From assembly GCF_006345805.1 (NCBI RefSeq), contig NC_043004.1, positions 27,652,001-27,716,000 of the forward strand: a stretch of 64,000 nucleotides of DNA, written 5' to 3'. Positions 23,635 through 36,050 of the stretch are shown here, in pieces. The notes below the pieces were generated by a model. The model saw nothing but the letters and a program-made list of their open reading frames with translations, was not told the origin of the DNA and ran no database searches. The DNA comes from Octopus sinensis (Eukaryota). The first letter of the stretch is position 1. Every line of letters starts with the position of its first letter. Both the position numbers and the translations under genes were made by a program.

Positions 23635-25371
23635 ATAATATATATATATATATATATAGCTATTTATGCATATGTATATATGAAAGTTTAAAAATATACG
23701 AAATGCATAGATGAATGGAATACAGTCACAGAATGTCCCCAACTCCCCATCGGTTATGGGCCAATGTGAGACACAATTTCGTGCCTACCCACACACGAGA
23801 TATTGACACGTATAAATGCTGGTATGTTTATTGAGGGCCTATGTTAATACTTTTTTGTTCAAATCATAAGCACCTGGTAGACTAAACCAACCTTGGTTCA
23901 TCTAGTTTAGCCTTCCTTATTTTCATTACTGTACTATTTAATTCTAGATATTTTTTTTTTTGTATTGCAAGGTCTTCACAGTGCTCTACTTTCTCTTGTC
24001 CAACCAGTTGTGAATGCTTTGTTGTAGAAACTCAGTACTGGGTGGATACCTTTTGTGTGCGTGCGTGCATGCATACATATATGTAGTCTGTGTAACATGA
24101 GATCTGTAAAATTAAAAAAAAACAACTCTACTACAAAAACCGACATTTTTCCTATGACTTGCTTGCGTTTGACTTTTCTTTTTACATTTTTAAAAATCTC
24201 TTTATGTATTACTAAATATATCTTGAATTACACACCTGTAGGTATGAAACAAGGCCATCTCTGTGTGGCTGTGTGACTTGCTGGATGTCATTGCAAGCAG
24301 CAAAATGTCTCTTAATTATTAGATACTTGACAAAAAGAAAAAAAGAAAAAACAGGATAGTTATTACTGGAATGATTTTCATAATCATAGACCTTGCTCTG
24401 TCAGATCCAACCCGGGCTAAACAATGACACATTTATGTGATGGTCATAAATTGTGCCTCCGTGCGTGGTCTCTGGCCTCTCTTTGAATTAAGAGCTAAAT
24501 CACTTACAATTCTTTTTTAAAGGATGCTCTTAGCTTATGCAATCCTAGAAAGTGTATCTGATAACAGATGGCATGGTCACAAATGGAACTCCTTTGATCC
24601 TAAGCTCTGCTGTGTCAGTACTAAATGGGAGAGAAGGGGCTGAATGACAACACTGGAATCAACGTAACTGGAATAGTTCGAATGTTAAACTTCACCATAA
24701 TATAAGCTAATGCCATAATGTGTGCGTGCTCACACAGAAACCCAAATTCACATGCACACACACACACACACCCAACCACACTTCACATATCTGCCCCCTC
24801 CAATCAAGTTCTTTCTCAGTGTCGTTTACTAATCAATTGCCCTTTCTCTGTAACTCCTCTCACCAGACTCTAATTTGGCTGCTTGCTTGCAGTCTCTTCT
24901 CCACCTTGTCCTCCATGGAGGTGGTCACTATTGCTAGCTCCCTTGAAAAGCACCACAAGATCGTAATTCATTATACAGTTCCTGGCGGTTGATGCTTGCC
25001 TTTACATTATTACTCTCGCTGGTAGAGCATCTGTCTTTTACTTATAAGAACAATTTTAGTCATAGACCACAGCTATTAATCCTCTATTATAACTGCAGTT
25101 TCTTAACTCATCAATATTTTCAAAGAAATCTCGTCAAGCATTGATCTCCTCTTCATTCACAGTATCTCAGACGATACATAATGTCTAGTTGTGTTATAAG
25201 CTCAGCTTTCACGCATGCACACTTGCAGTTGGAGATGTATTTTTACACGCAGTTACTTGCATAACCAGCACACCACATAACTTTAGACATGTATGTCTGT
25301 ATCTATCTGTCTAATAAACATGCTTACACATGTTCAGCAACAGGCATTTTTGTATACACATACTGTATATA

Positions 25372-26581
25372 CGAGGCGTGTTTGAAAACTCTTGAGCCTC
25401 AAAAAAACAAAACATAGTACAAGACTTCTGATGATTTATTTTTCAACATAGTCCCCTTTGATGGCTGAACACTTTCTCCAGTGGTGCTGAAGCACCATTA
25501 TCCTGGCATAGAAGAACTCTTTTGTTTGAGACTCTAAGGAACTTCCTACAGTGTCTATGACGTCATTGTCAGTGGCAAAATGGCAACCAGCCAAGGCTTT
25601 TTTCATTTTAGGGAATAGATGCAAGTCAGAGGGGGGCTAAGTCTGGCAAGTAAGGCAGATGGGGAACAATTTCGTATCCACAATCATGAATTGTTGCCAA
25701 TGGCAACCACTGAGGTGTGGGCTGGAGCATTGTCGTGATGAAAAAGGACTCCTCTGGCGAGCATTCCCTGCCTTTTTTCTTTGATTACTTCTTGGAGGCA
25801 TTACAGTAGCTGAGAATAATACAGCCCTGTCATGGTGTGACTCTATTCAAGGTAATCGATCAGCAAGATACATTGAATTCAAAAAGACTGACACCATGAC
25901 ATTGCCAGCTGCAGGAATGACCCCGGCCTTCTTTGGAGTAGGAGAAAATGTGGGCTTCCACTGCTTTGATTGTTCTTTGGTTTCAGGCTGGTAGTGATGA
26001 ACCCAACTTTCGTCGATAGTAATAAAACGAGCAAGAAATTCTCTTCATCGGCTTCAAACAGTTCCAGTTTGCTCGTGGACAAAGTGCACCTGGTGCATTT
26101 CTGTTCAGGAGTCAAAAGGCGAGGGACTCACCTTGCAGAAACCTTTGAGAACCCAAGTTCTTTTGTCACAATGTTGTCTGCTCTTTCATTTGAGATGCCC
26201 AGTCTCTCAGCTATCTGGTGACATGATATTCAACAAGAGCAAGGTCAATGTTGTCCTCGGTGATTGCAGCTGGAGGTCTCCCTGGTGTGGGATCATCTTC
26301 CACACTCTCCCTGCCATGCTGGAATTCATTTGCCCAGCATTTGACTGTTGCATATGAAGGAGCATTGTCTGTTAAGTTTCTCACCATATCTTCATGGATT
26401 TCCGATGGAGTCATGCCTTTCAAATGAAGGTACTTTATGACAGCACGATACTCAGTTTTCTCCATTTTCCTTGTAACCTCGACACTTGTTTATTCAAAAA
26501 TCTGCAACAAAAATATTAAAATATCAGAATCATCAAAATGAGCAAGACTACTCATTAATTTTGTTAATACCAGCCCTTCAC

Positions 26582-26583
<2 letters not shown>
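25372..26583 (-). mobile_element. Near full-length mariner (DD34D) element, transposase pseudogene about 25436-26465
   Basis: MEKTEYRAVIKYL, *VPRLL, TIDESWVHHY, FHHDNAPAHT, PYLPDLAPSD, GDYVEK*; TA-CGAGGCGTGTTTGAAAAC terminal repeat at 25372; the other TIR is poorly conserved. Confidence 0.92.
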
Positions 26584-26622
<39 letters not shown>

Positions 26623-26652
26623 TATATTAACAATAGCAATAAAAACATAGTT

Positions 26653-26958
26653 TTGGTCTCTGAGGACAACCCCAACAGAATTAAATTTATGTCTAATAAT
26701 TCTAAGATTAAGAATTCTATATACCAATGTAAAATTTCTTGCGGTACCGATGTCTACTTCTACATTGGCGCATTCTCTTCCCAGTTATCTAAGAGAATTT
26801 CCAATCATTATTCTTCATTTAGGAATAGCAGTAAACATTATAGCACAGGGCTAAGTAAATTGGTTTGGTATCTTAAAGACAACAATAAAGATTTTAAGTT
26901 AGATTGGTTCATCCTGTCCATATCTTTCCCTTATGATTCGACGGTCCAACTGTATGGT
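26653..26958 (+). pseudogene. GIY-YIG endonuclease fragment of a Penelope-like retroelement
   Basis: SIYQ...YIG, KRISNHYSSF, STGLSKLVWYLK, WFIL...PY; truncated before the usual C-x2-C/E motif. Confidence 0.8.
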
Positions 26959-26975
26959 TTTTTTTGGGGGGGGGG

Positions 26976-27154
26976 GTGCCAGTCCTTTGCCGATTTTTAT
27001 ATTGACCATTCTCCGAGTATAACTTCCACGCTTGCAAGCAAGCCATTTTACTGCAATTTAGTTGCGTTCTGATGTTTGAAAAGGAAACTTTTTGCTAGTA
27101 GAGTAATACGATTTTTGCTCTCATGACTGGACTGAGGCTACATTGTTTTCCCAT
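26976..27154 (-). pseudogene. Tc1-type transposase N-terminal HTH fragment
   Basis: Manual translation MGKQCSLSPVMRAKIVLLY*QKVSFSNIRTQLNCSKMACLQAWKLYSENGQYKNRQRTG. Confidence 0.7.
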
Positions 27155-27989
27155 TACTAATCAATTGTATAATAACATTAAATTATAATACTATATAGTG
27201 CAGTTAGGCTAGTAGTGTGACCACCCATTTTGGCAAAAAAATTTGCATACCTATTATATGGTCAAACTAATTTTGCTGGTAAATTTGAAACGTTTATATT
27301 AATATGCTACAAAACCCTTTTTGTGGTCCAAAAGACAGGGTGGGGTGTGGCGGCGTCTTGACAAATTGTTTCCTACCACTTTGTTTCTATGTTGTTAAAT
27401 AAATGGATTCTGAACAAAACATTTTTTCCTTGGTGTAAAATAAAGACAAAACTCTTTCGTGCCCAAAGTAATGTGTGTGTGAGAGAGAGGGGGTGGAGAA
27501 AGATGAACGATTTAAAATATATTTGAATTGTTGTGTGAGAAAGCATATATAATCTGATTATAAAATATACTGTCTTTCAAAAACATCCTAAATTTGAATA
27601 CTATATCTCATGTTTAAGAAAAAAAAACATTTTACATTTTTATTTTTGGGGAACGCTGTTACTCTCCATCACACACACACACACGCACACACATTTTCAC
27701 TTCACTATGGCAAGGGAATTAACTCATGTTAGCAAACTTCAAAATTGGTAAAAGTTAAGGTTGAAAATTGATTTTTTTCTGCTACCCGCGGGTGCCTTGG
27801 GAAAAAATAATTTGACGAAAATACAGCTAGGGTCGTGATGAATGTCCTCCTAAAATTGGAGCAACATGCATGCTAATTTGTGGATGTGCATAAACTACAT
27901 TCACATACACACACACACATACTGCCTTTTATATATATATATATATATATGGAAACATACAGGACAAGTTATTACAACTGGTAAAGTAC

Positions 27990-28820
27990 AGAACAAGAAA
28001 TTTTGCCAAGGTTTACTTTGCCTTTCATCTTTTGGGGGGGGGGGCATAAATAAGTACCAGTCATTTGCTGGGTCGATGTAATCAACTAGCCCTGTCTCTC
28101 AAATTTCAGCCCTAGTGCCTATAGTAGAAAGCCTTATTATTAATATTGTCATTAGCCAGTAGAAACATTAGGATACCAGGCAAAATGCTTAGCAGTATTT
28201 CGTCTGTCTTAACATTCTGAGTTCAAATCCCACTGTGGCTGACTTTACCTTTTTTTCCTTTTGGTGTCAATAAAATAAGTACAAGTTGAACATTAGCTTT
28301 GTTGTAATCTTAATCCCTACCCCGAAATTTCTGGTCATTTGCCAAAATTTGAAATCATTATTATTAATATTAAGGTGACAAGCTGACAGAATTGTTAGCA
28401 CGCTGGATGAGATGCTTCACAATATTTTGTTGGTCTGTGTTCAGAGCTAGAATTCCATCTAGGTTAACTTTACCTTTCATCCTTTCAGGGTCAGTTAAAT
28501 AGGTACCAGTCAAGCCCTGGTGTTGATGTAATCGATTAACCCTTCCCTCCATCAAAATTTTGGGCCTTGTGCCCTTAGTAGAAAAGATCATTACTATTAT
28601 TATCATTATAGAAGGCAACAAGGCAGAGTGTCAGAAAAAATTGTTAGCGTTATTTGTTCTGGCTTGTTACATTTGAGTTCAAATCCTGCTGAAGTTATTT
28701 TTCCTTTCATCTTTTCAGGGTTGATAAAAATAGAATATTTGTCAAGTACTAGATTGATGGAGTTGACCAACACCTACACCCAAAATTGCTTGCTTAGTGC
28801 CAGAATTTGAAACTTATTAT
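27990..28820 (+). mobile_element. Head-to-tail array of about 4 decayed SINE family 2 copies with (ATT)n tails
   Basis: Recurrent blocks GAATTGTTAGC, GAGTTCAAAT (B-box-like), CCTTTCATCCTTTCAGGG...AAGTACCAG, each ending in ATTATT. Confidence 0.8.
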
Positions 28821-28864
28821 CTTACATATGTTCTTTGTTTTGGTCATTCAACTGTGACCTTGCT

Positions 28865-29420
28865 GAATGGATTTGATGGACAGAAACTGAAGAGCCCATT
28901 GTGTATGTATATATACATGCACACTGATGTGTGTATGTGTCTTAGTGTTTGTGTGTCCCCTAACAGTGCTTGACAGCAGGAGTTGATTTGTTTACATTCC
29001 CATAACTTAGAGGTTTGGCAAAAGAGACCGAAAGAATAAGTGCCAGGCTTAAAAGAATAAGCACCAGGGCCGATTTGTCTGATTAAACCCCTTCAACTTT
29101 AACCAAACGAATCAGTCCTCCTGCTTATTTTTTTCAAGCCTGGCACCTATTCTTTCTGTCTCTTTTGCCAAACATCTAGGTTATGGGGATGTAAACAAAC
29201 CAACTCCTGTTGTCAAGCACTGGTAGAGGACACACCAACAGTAGGACTCACACACATCTGTGTATGTGTATATACACACACAATGGGTTCTTCAGTTTCT
29301 GTCTATCAAATCCATTCGTATGACTTCGGTCACCCCAAGGCTATAGCAGAAGGAACTTACTGAAGGTACCACACTGTAGGACTGAACCCAAAACTATCTA
29401 GTTTTGAAGCAAGTAGGGGC
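28865..29420. mobile_element. Tail-to-tail pair of SINE family 1 copies (+ 28865-29095, - 29105-29420)
   Basis: TTTGGCAAAAGAGAC..AAGAATAAGTGCCAGGCTT on + is mirrored by AAGCCTGGCACCTATTCTT..GTCTCTTTTGCCAAA. Confidence 0.8.
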
Positions 29421-30311
29421 ATATATTCTGGGTGTGCTAGATGTGTGCTGCTCACCCATTGAAAATGGCAAATTCATTATAAATATTAACCTTATTCATT
29501 AATTTAATCACTAATCTTAATGGAAAACTTTTGTTATACCTCTGCTTGAAATTTGGTGGCATTGGGTGTGGCAGCACACTCGATGCAACCACCCCCATAC
29601 ATCACTGGAAGCAAGCTTCTTACTACACAGTTGTGCCCTAGTGTTCCCTCCCTATTTTCAAAATTTCCCAGTAAAGTTGACATGTAAAATTGTTCACATT
29701 TCTACACACACACACAGACATCACCATTTTGTATGTGTATGCATATGTGCTTGAACATGAATGATGAATGGCTACTACTTTCGTTGCTAATCCTAAATTA
29801 GCAGACAACACACACATGTGCACGTACACACGAGTGTGCACACACACGAGCATGCACACACATACACACATGTACCTACACACGTAAACAATTTCTTCCC
29901 CTTCCTTCCTATCTGTCTCACCCTCCACTCTTTATGTCTTCGCTTCCTTCTATCACTGTCTGATTTACTCAACTTTTGTTTTTGACTCTTCCTCTCTCGT
30001 TTATCATACTCTTCTTTACTTTGTAGTTATTTGACTCTCCTCTTTTTCATTCACACATATGTTCTTGTCCTCTACTTTCTTACCTACACACACACACATA
30101 CAGGTCTCATGAAGGCTAGCAGGTTGAAACTTTGATGCCATTGTCATTACTCTTGTGAAAGATTATAGCTATACTCTACAAAAAGTATTAAATTCTTCCC
30201 TTTACTGTAAAAGAATTTCATTATAACAGTATAAAAACAAACATTAGTGCATGTGTGTATGTATGCACGTGGATATGTGTGTGTGTGTAATGCATGTGTG
30301 TGTATGTATGA

Positions 30312-30349
<38 letters not shown>

Positions 30350-31134
30350 TGCAGGTGTGACAATGTTATAAGAAGTTTGCTTCCTAACCATATTGTTTGA
30401 GGTCATTTCCACCGCATGGCCCTTTGGACAAATATCTCTGCTTACTGGGTTTGATTCATGCAACTAAAAAATTTTAAGATGATGTCCTAGCATAATAGCT
30501 GCAGTCAAATGACTGAAAAAGGCGAACGGTATGCATGTTTGTATGACTTTGGTTGCTAGGTCAATGACGAATAGCTAGCTACTCTGACTTAGTACATTCC
30601 AGTAGCCACCAGTCCAGACATCATCACCACTTCCACTGTTGCTCTCGACACTTAGCTGCTCATTATTCATTTCATACTTGAAATATTTTACAAATTTATT
30701 TAGCTATTTTACGGTGAGAGTCCCCAGCTTTTTCACATTTTTCATGCTTTTTTCCTTTGAAGCTAAGTGGTCAGATTAAGCAATTATTAGTGTTAGAAAC
30801 CAGACACAGACTCTGCCTCTTTGACTTACTTATGATATATATGTGTGAGTATATATATATATATATATGTGTAGTATATTTGCCACCTAAATGTGGCTAA
30901 CCCTTAAGGGTTATGCTACTGTAGCTTGTAGCGTGAGGAAGACATCTCCTCCAGCTGGCTATTGACACACTTTCTGTGACCTATCAATATTTGCAAAGGG
31001 AAGTCATCGTTCCCATCTCCAGCCTGACGTGATACACACAGACCCGAGTTACTGGGTATTGACCCATCATCAGCGTGCGACAACCACCAGTTGGCGACAG
31101 GAAGTGGTTCTCAATGCAAATATATATATCATTT

Positions 31135-31378
31135 TTCCAGTGACGAAAAGTCACTGATCTCGTAAAAGTGGAAACGAGCAATAAATCTCTGAGCTAGGAC
31201 TTGTTTACATGCTTTTAGAATAACTGCTGGGAATCCATCAGAGCCAGTAGCTGAGTTTGGGTTCATTTCATCTATAGCCCTTATTACATAGTCTCCCTTT
31301 ATATTGATGTAATCGATCATCGATGCCTCTGTTTTTATATCTGCAGTGGGAGAAAAGTCAGCTGTATTGCTGACTCGC
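31135..31378 (-). mobile_element. CR1/L2-group LINE fragment
   Basis: IKTEASMIDYINIK...EMNPNSATGSDGFPAVILKAC matches 17270-17400. Confidence 0.85.
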
Positions 31379-32170
31379 AAGGGAGGGCAATGTACTTGAC
31401 CCCTTTACAGGGTAATGTTGACTTTAGTGAGTGGAAGGGATGACAAAATTATTGCTGGACTAGTGACCAGGCCTGAATATTTATTTACAAAGCTGTGGAC
31501 TCTGTTAAAAATGGTGCTACTGCTAAACTAGGTGTGAGATATTTGCTCAGTGTGCCATGTGACAGGATTGTACCTGATACCATGCAGATGCAAAGAGAAC
31601 TTGTTAATCAAACCATCACACCTGTATCCTGAAATCTCTCTAATTTTACCAGCAAGTTTGTAATCAATTCTAGAAGTTTATTTTATTTCTAATGGCTAAT
31701 TTATGCCGCAAATTGTTAAGGTTTGTCACTGTTGACAACCTCATTGTTTTATCAGAAATTAACAAAACCATTACTTTCAGTCATTTCAATAATATCATTT
31801 AAAATCTAAGAACTCTTAAATCACATTTTATAGAATGCTGGTGTTTTAGGTAGAATTGGTTAAGTTCTCTTGAAGACTAAACATGTCTGCAAAATAAGTC
31901 TTTTAAAACTTTTGTGCTTCACATCTTTTCCATTATATATATATATATATGTTGAAATATACAGTATGTAGATGAAAATATATGTATGGATTGTATGTCT
32001 ATTTACATAACAGTATATGTATGTATTCCAGAGGGTGACAAGTTCCCAAAAAAGGTGTGTTTAGCCACATAGAATAAAGGTACTCAAAATAAGTCAGTGA
32101 ATAAAAATTGATTATGGCTTATATATATATATACACATACACGCACTGTGTATCTATACACAAGCAATGC

Positions 32171-32206
<36 letters not shown>

Positions 32207-32274
32207 CTCTTCTCATATATGGTACATATGTACACTGATGTACATATATGCAATGTATATGTACATTGATGTGA

Positions 32275-32605
32275 AAGCATATGGCTCTGTGGTTAGAGCA
32301 TCAGGATCACAATCATGAGGTAGTGTTCGATTCCTGGACCAGGCTGTGTTGTGTTCTTGAACAAGACACTTTATTTCACATTGCTCCAGTTCACTCAGCT
32401 GTAGAAATGAGTTGCAACGTTACTGGTGCCAAGCTGTATCGGCCTTTGCCTTTTCCTTGGATAACAATGGTGGCATGGGGAGGGGAGGCAGGTATGCATG
32501 GGCGATTGCTGGTCTTCCATAAACAACCTTTCCCAGATTTGTGCCTCGGAGAATAACTTTCTAGGTGCAATCCCATGCACTTCGATTGAAGGGGGTCTTT
32601 GTACA
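32275..32605 (+). mobile_element. tRNA-derived SINE family 3 (CORE-like centre)
   Basis: A box TGGCTCTGTGG, B box GTTCGATTCC, then GTGTTCTTGAACAAGACACTT...CTCAGCTGTAGAAATGAG. Confidence 0.8.
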
Positions 32606-33419
32606 TTGATATAGTGTGTATAGCTACTTACATACACAGCACGTATATGAAAATATATATACATATTGTATATCTATTTGCATATACATACTGTATTGAC
32701 ATAGGTTAGATCTAACATAGGTTAGATCTATAAACTTTCATTTTATGAAATGTGTATTAGAAATATTCTTGCTATACCAGTATATGACTGTTTTTCTGAC
32801 AACAAAATATTTTAGTAGGACATATTAAAGGTTTGGACTTTATAATGTATGTGAGAATTTTCACTGTGAAAAAAGAAAAGTCGCACCCAAGTTGATTTTT
32901 TTTTTAGGCTGTGATATATCTTTTCTGTATTGGAAATGGCGCTATTGTTTCAAAAAGAACAAGTTATTATGACAATCTAAGTTTGTAAGAGTCTATTAAT
33001 TTTCAAGGTGAAAGGTGAATTGTTGAAGAAATGGGAAAAAGCAAGATAAATTAATGCCTGTAAATTACGGCTTCTCATTATAATTCTATACAGATAGTAG
33101 ATAGACTGTGGGCCTGTAATGAAAACAAGAAAGATGTTTTGTTAATAACTCTTAGAACGACAAAGGACTTTTTATTATTCAGGACCCCTTAGATGAGCAA
33201 GAAGATTGGAGAAGTTCTCCATTGACTGGAGGTGCTGGCTGAAAACTTGCAACAGAGTGGACTCTGCCAAAGTCACCCAAGGACCAGCTAATGGTCTTAT
33301 ACTAGGAGACTGCTTTAATCAATTACTGTGATTAGGAGTTAAACTCTGAAGACTTAAACAATATTCTATAATGTATTTAGATAAATGCCATAGTTAGGTC
33401 TAGACCCTATGCTCATGGC

Positions 33420-33740
33420 TTTTGGAGGTCCTCTGAAGCCAGTAACATGGAGACCATTTGCAGGCTTGTTGAATAGTCACAAGTTGATATCTGTAGGAAC
33501 GGAATTCCAGAGAACCAACATTTTGAGGAGGCAAGACTTGGCATAGTGGTTAGTGTAAGGCCTGAAGGTGGAGGTAGATTTACTGTAGATGATGATAGGG
33601 GGATGAATAAGTGAGTGAGGAATACCTGAGAAGAAATGGTAGGAGTTCAACTAACTCAGAGAAGCAGAGCCTTCTGTAATAAACATGACAGGGAGGTGTC
33701 AGTATGTCTGTGGGTCAGAATTTGGTACCATATTTTCCTG
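33420..33740 (-). pseudogene. Ancient L2/CR1-type RT C-terminal relic
   Basis: VYYRRLCFSEL...TNHYAKS...LWNSVPTDINL*LFNK resembles the end of L2/CR1 ORF2. Confidence 0.5.
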
Positions 33741-34699
33741 TTGGAGTCACCATTTTTCTTTTTTTATAAATGACAACTACTGTTTGTGGAAACCCTTCTT
33801 GCAGTTAGTTGTAGGCCTGTCATGAGCCAAAAAACTCATAAGGCTTGGAGCTTAACATGTTTCCCATGGCATACAACACTAGCACCTCTACCTACACACA
33901 CACCTGAACTTGATGCCAGTCTGTTGCACTTGTAGTTAGTAAACTGATCCTTTTACTCTCCATTTCCTACTGGCTGAGTCTTTTGATATTTACCAAAGAT
34001 TGCTTCTTTCTCTGTTGATTTCTTGCATCAATAATATTTTTGTGTCCTGTCAGACACCTCTCCTGTCTGTGTAATCAGTTTGTGATTAAAAACAAGACAC
34101 AATGGAATGGTTTAATTACTCTGAGGCCCACAAGAGAAATTTATAATCATCATTCATCTTATACCTATAAATTGATTACTGTATACAGCTCTTTACTTAA
34201 AATAATTTCTTTCCATCTTTTATTTAGCTCTATATATACTAGATTTTTATTTATACTAATTTATATAACCTGTATAATTTGTTTAATCTGTATACTAATT
34301 TTGAATTTCTGAAGCATGTAGGTATTTCCTCTAAGTTTGTACAAATATAAGCAATGTGACTACTGACTTTCTTTCATTAAACGTTTTGTAATGAATTTGG
34401 CAATTAATCTGCTAACAATCAAATTTCTTTAGTGTGCCAATTACTACTGGCCTTTCACTGTGCTGTGTCCTCTTTTTGCCTCTTCTTTTACTCTGAACTT
34501 GCTTCTTCTCTCAAGCTCTACCAAAACTTATCCAAAGCACCAACCTTTCCCACCATGTCTTGTACCAAAACTTTATTTATTTATTTTTTGAGAACTCTAT
34601 TCCTTTATGGAAGGTTACACTGAATACCACCACCATCTCCTTTCACATCCTGATTAAGAGGTGCATCAATGCCACCTATATGGTCACTGTACTGACAAA

Positions 34700-36050
34700 C
34701 ATGTAAAAGAAAGTTTAATAAAATTGTTACAGTTTAATTCTTACTAGTTTCTAATCATTATTCAATATTGGCCTCATAATTTCTTCAAAGTGTCTTATTA
34801 TAAGCCAAGTCTTGTCATTGTTCTTGATCATTCAAGAATGTATTTGGTGATAGCTTGGTTCAGTCTAACCATAACCATTGCATCTTTAACATATTTCTTG
34901 CAACAATCATCATATATTTGATACTTCATTAGCCTATTAGGGTGTGATTTAAGGTTGTTTTGGCTGTTATTTCTAGCAGGTCTAGTGACTACACTGAGTC
35001 TCCTGTTTGGCTTATGTAACTGTGTTTTAATTTCAAATGGTTGAGGTTTGTAACTTCTCTATTCTTCTATCATTCTTGATATCTTCAACTATAAATACAG
35101 TTCTATGACTAACTGCTGCTGTTGTTGCTGTTGTTTAATCAACAAATGGAGAATTTTTAGTTGTTATTTGTAAAGTATATTTTCCATTAAACTAATTTCT
35201 TTCAGCATCGGTTATATTAATTTTCTTTTCTCCAATACCAAAAATAATTGTTTTCTGTCTGTTAGCATCTACTTTTGATAAACATCAGAAATTATAATCA
35301 ATATCATTGTTGTCTCCCTGTCAGAAAAAATTATTACAAAAATAAAATGAACAACCACTGTGTAACCTTTTATAATAGTAGAAATACTTCCTGTTCATCA
35401 ATATATTTGCATAAGTTATTTTCAGAATCTTTGCAATTTATCAATAAGGCATCTTCATTTAACAACTTTGTCCATTTTATAAGCTATTTTCATAGACCTT
35501 ATCTCCAGTTTTTCTTTTATAAGTCATCAAAAAAGCTCTTTGATTGTATCTGACTTTTATTATAAGTTTTCCTTGGCCTAATTCTATCTATCATACTCAT
35601 TATTGCAATGGAGCTGATCACTTTCTTCCTCTCTACTACTTCCTTCCAGACTTTATATGCCAATCAATTTTTTTCAAATATCAGAGGTTTTGGTGTAGTT
35701 TCTCTGCTTTTCTATAATTAATCTAAGACTTTCTTTATCTTCAGTAACCCACTATATGTTTCCTCTAATAATATTTACATTTATCTGATGCCCTTGCTAA
35801 GTAGTCTATCTTCCATTTTTACTCACTGTCATTTGATATATGGTACCACACTTTTACAGATTTGGTTTGCACTGATTTTAGTATTGTTGAAAGTCCTCTA
35901 TAATTGGTAAATAGAGAAATAACAAGTCAAATGTTTTATTATAATGCTTTTGCTGGTTCCTCATCTATCATTTAGTGGATTATTGTTTCTTAACAAGTCT
36001 TGTCTGCCTCTTAACCAACCTGTAATGAGTTCGAAGGCAATTAAATTTTA
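34700..36050 (-). pseudogene. Possible ancient, heavily decayed LINE RT
   Basis: Scattered motifs VLEKKI and IYDDCCK at plausible RT spacing; strong strand skew. Confidence 0.3.

Noticed and set aside
32281-32345. tRNA gene
   Set aside because: A and B boxes are present but there is no complete cloverleaf, and the sequence continues into SINE body; the same holds for 44870-44930
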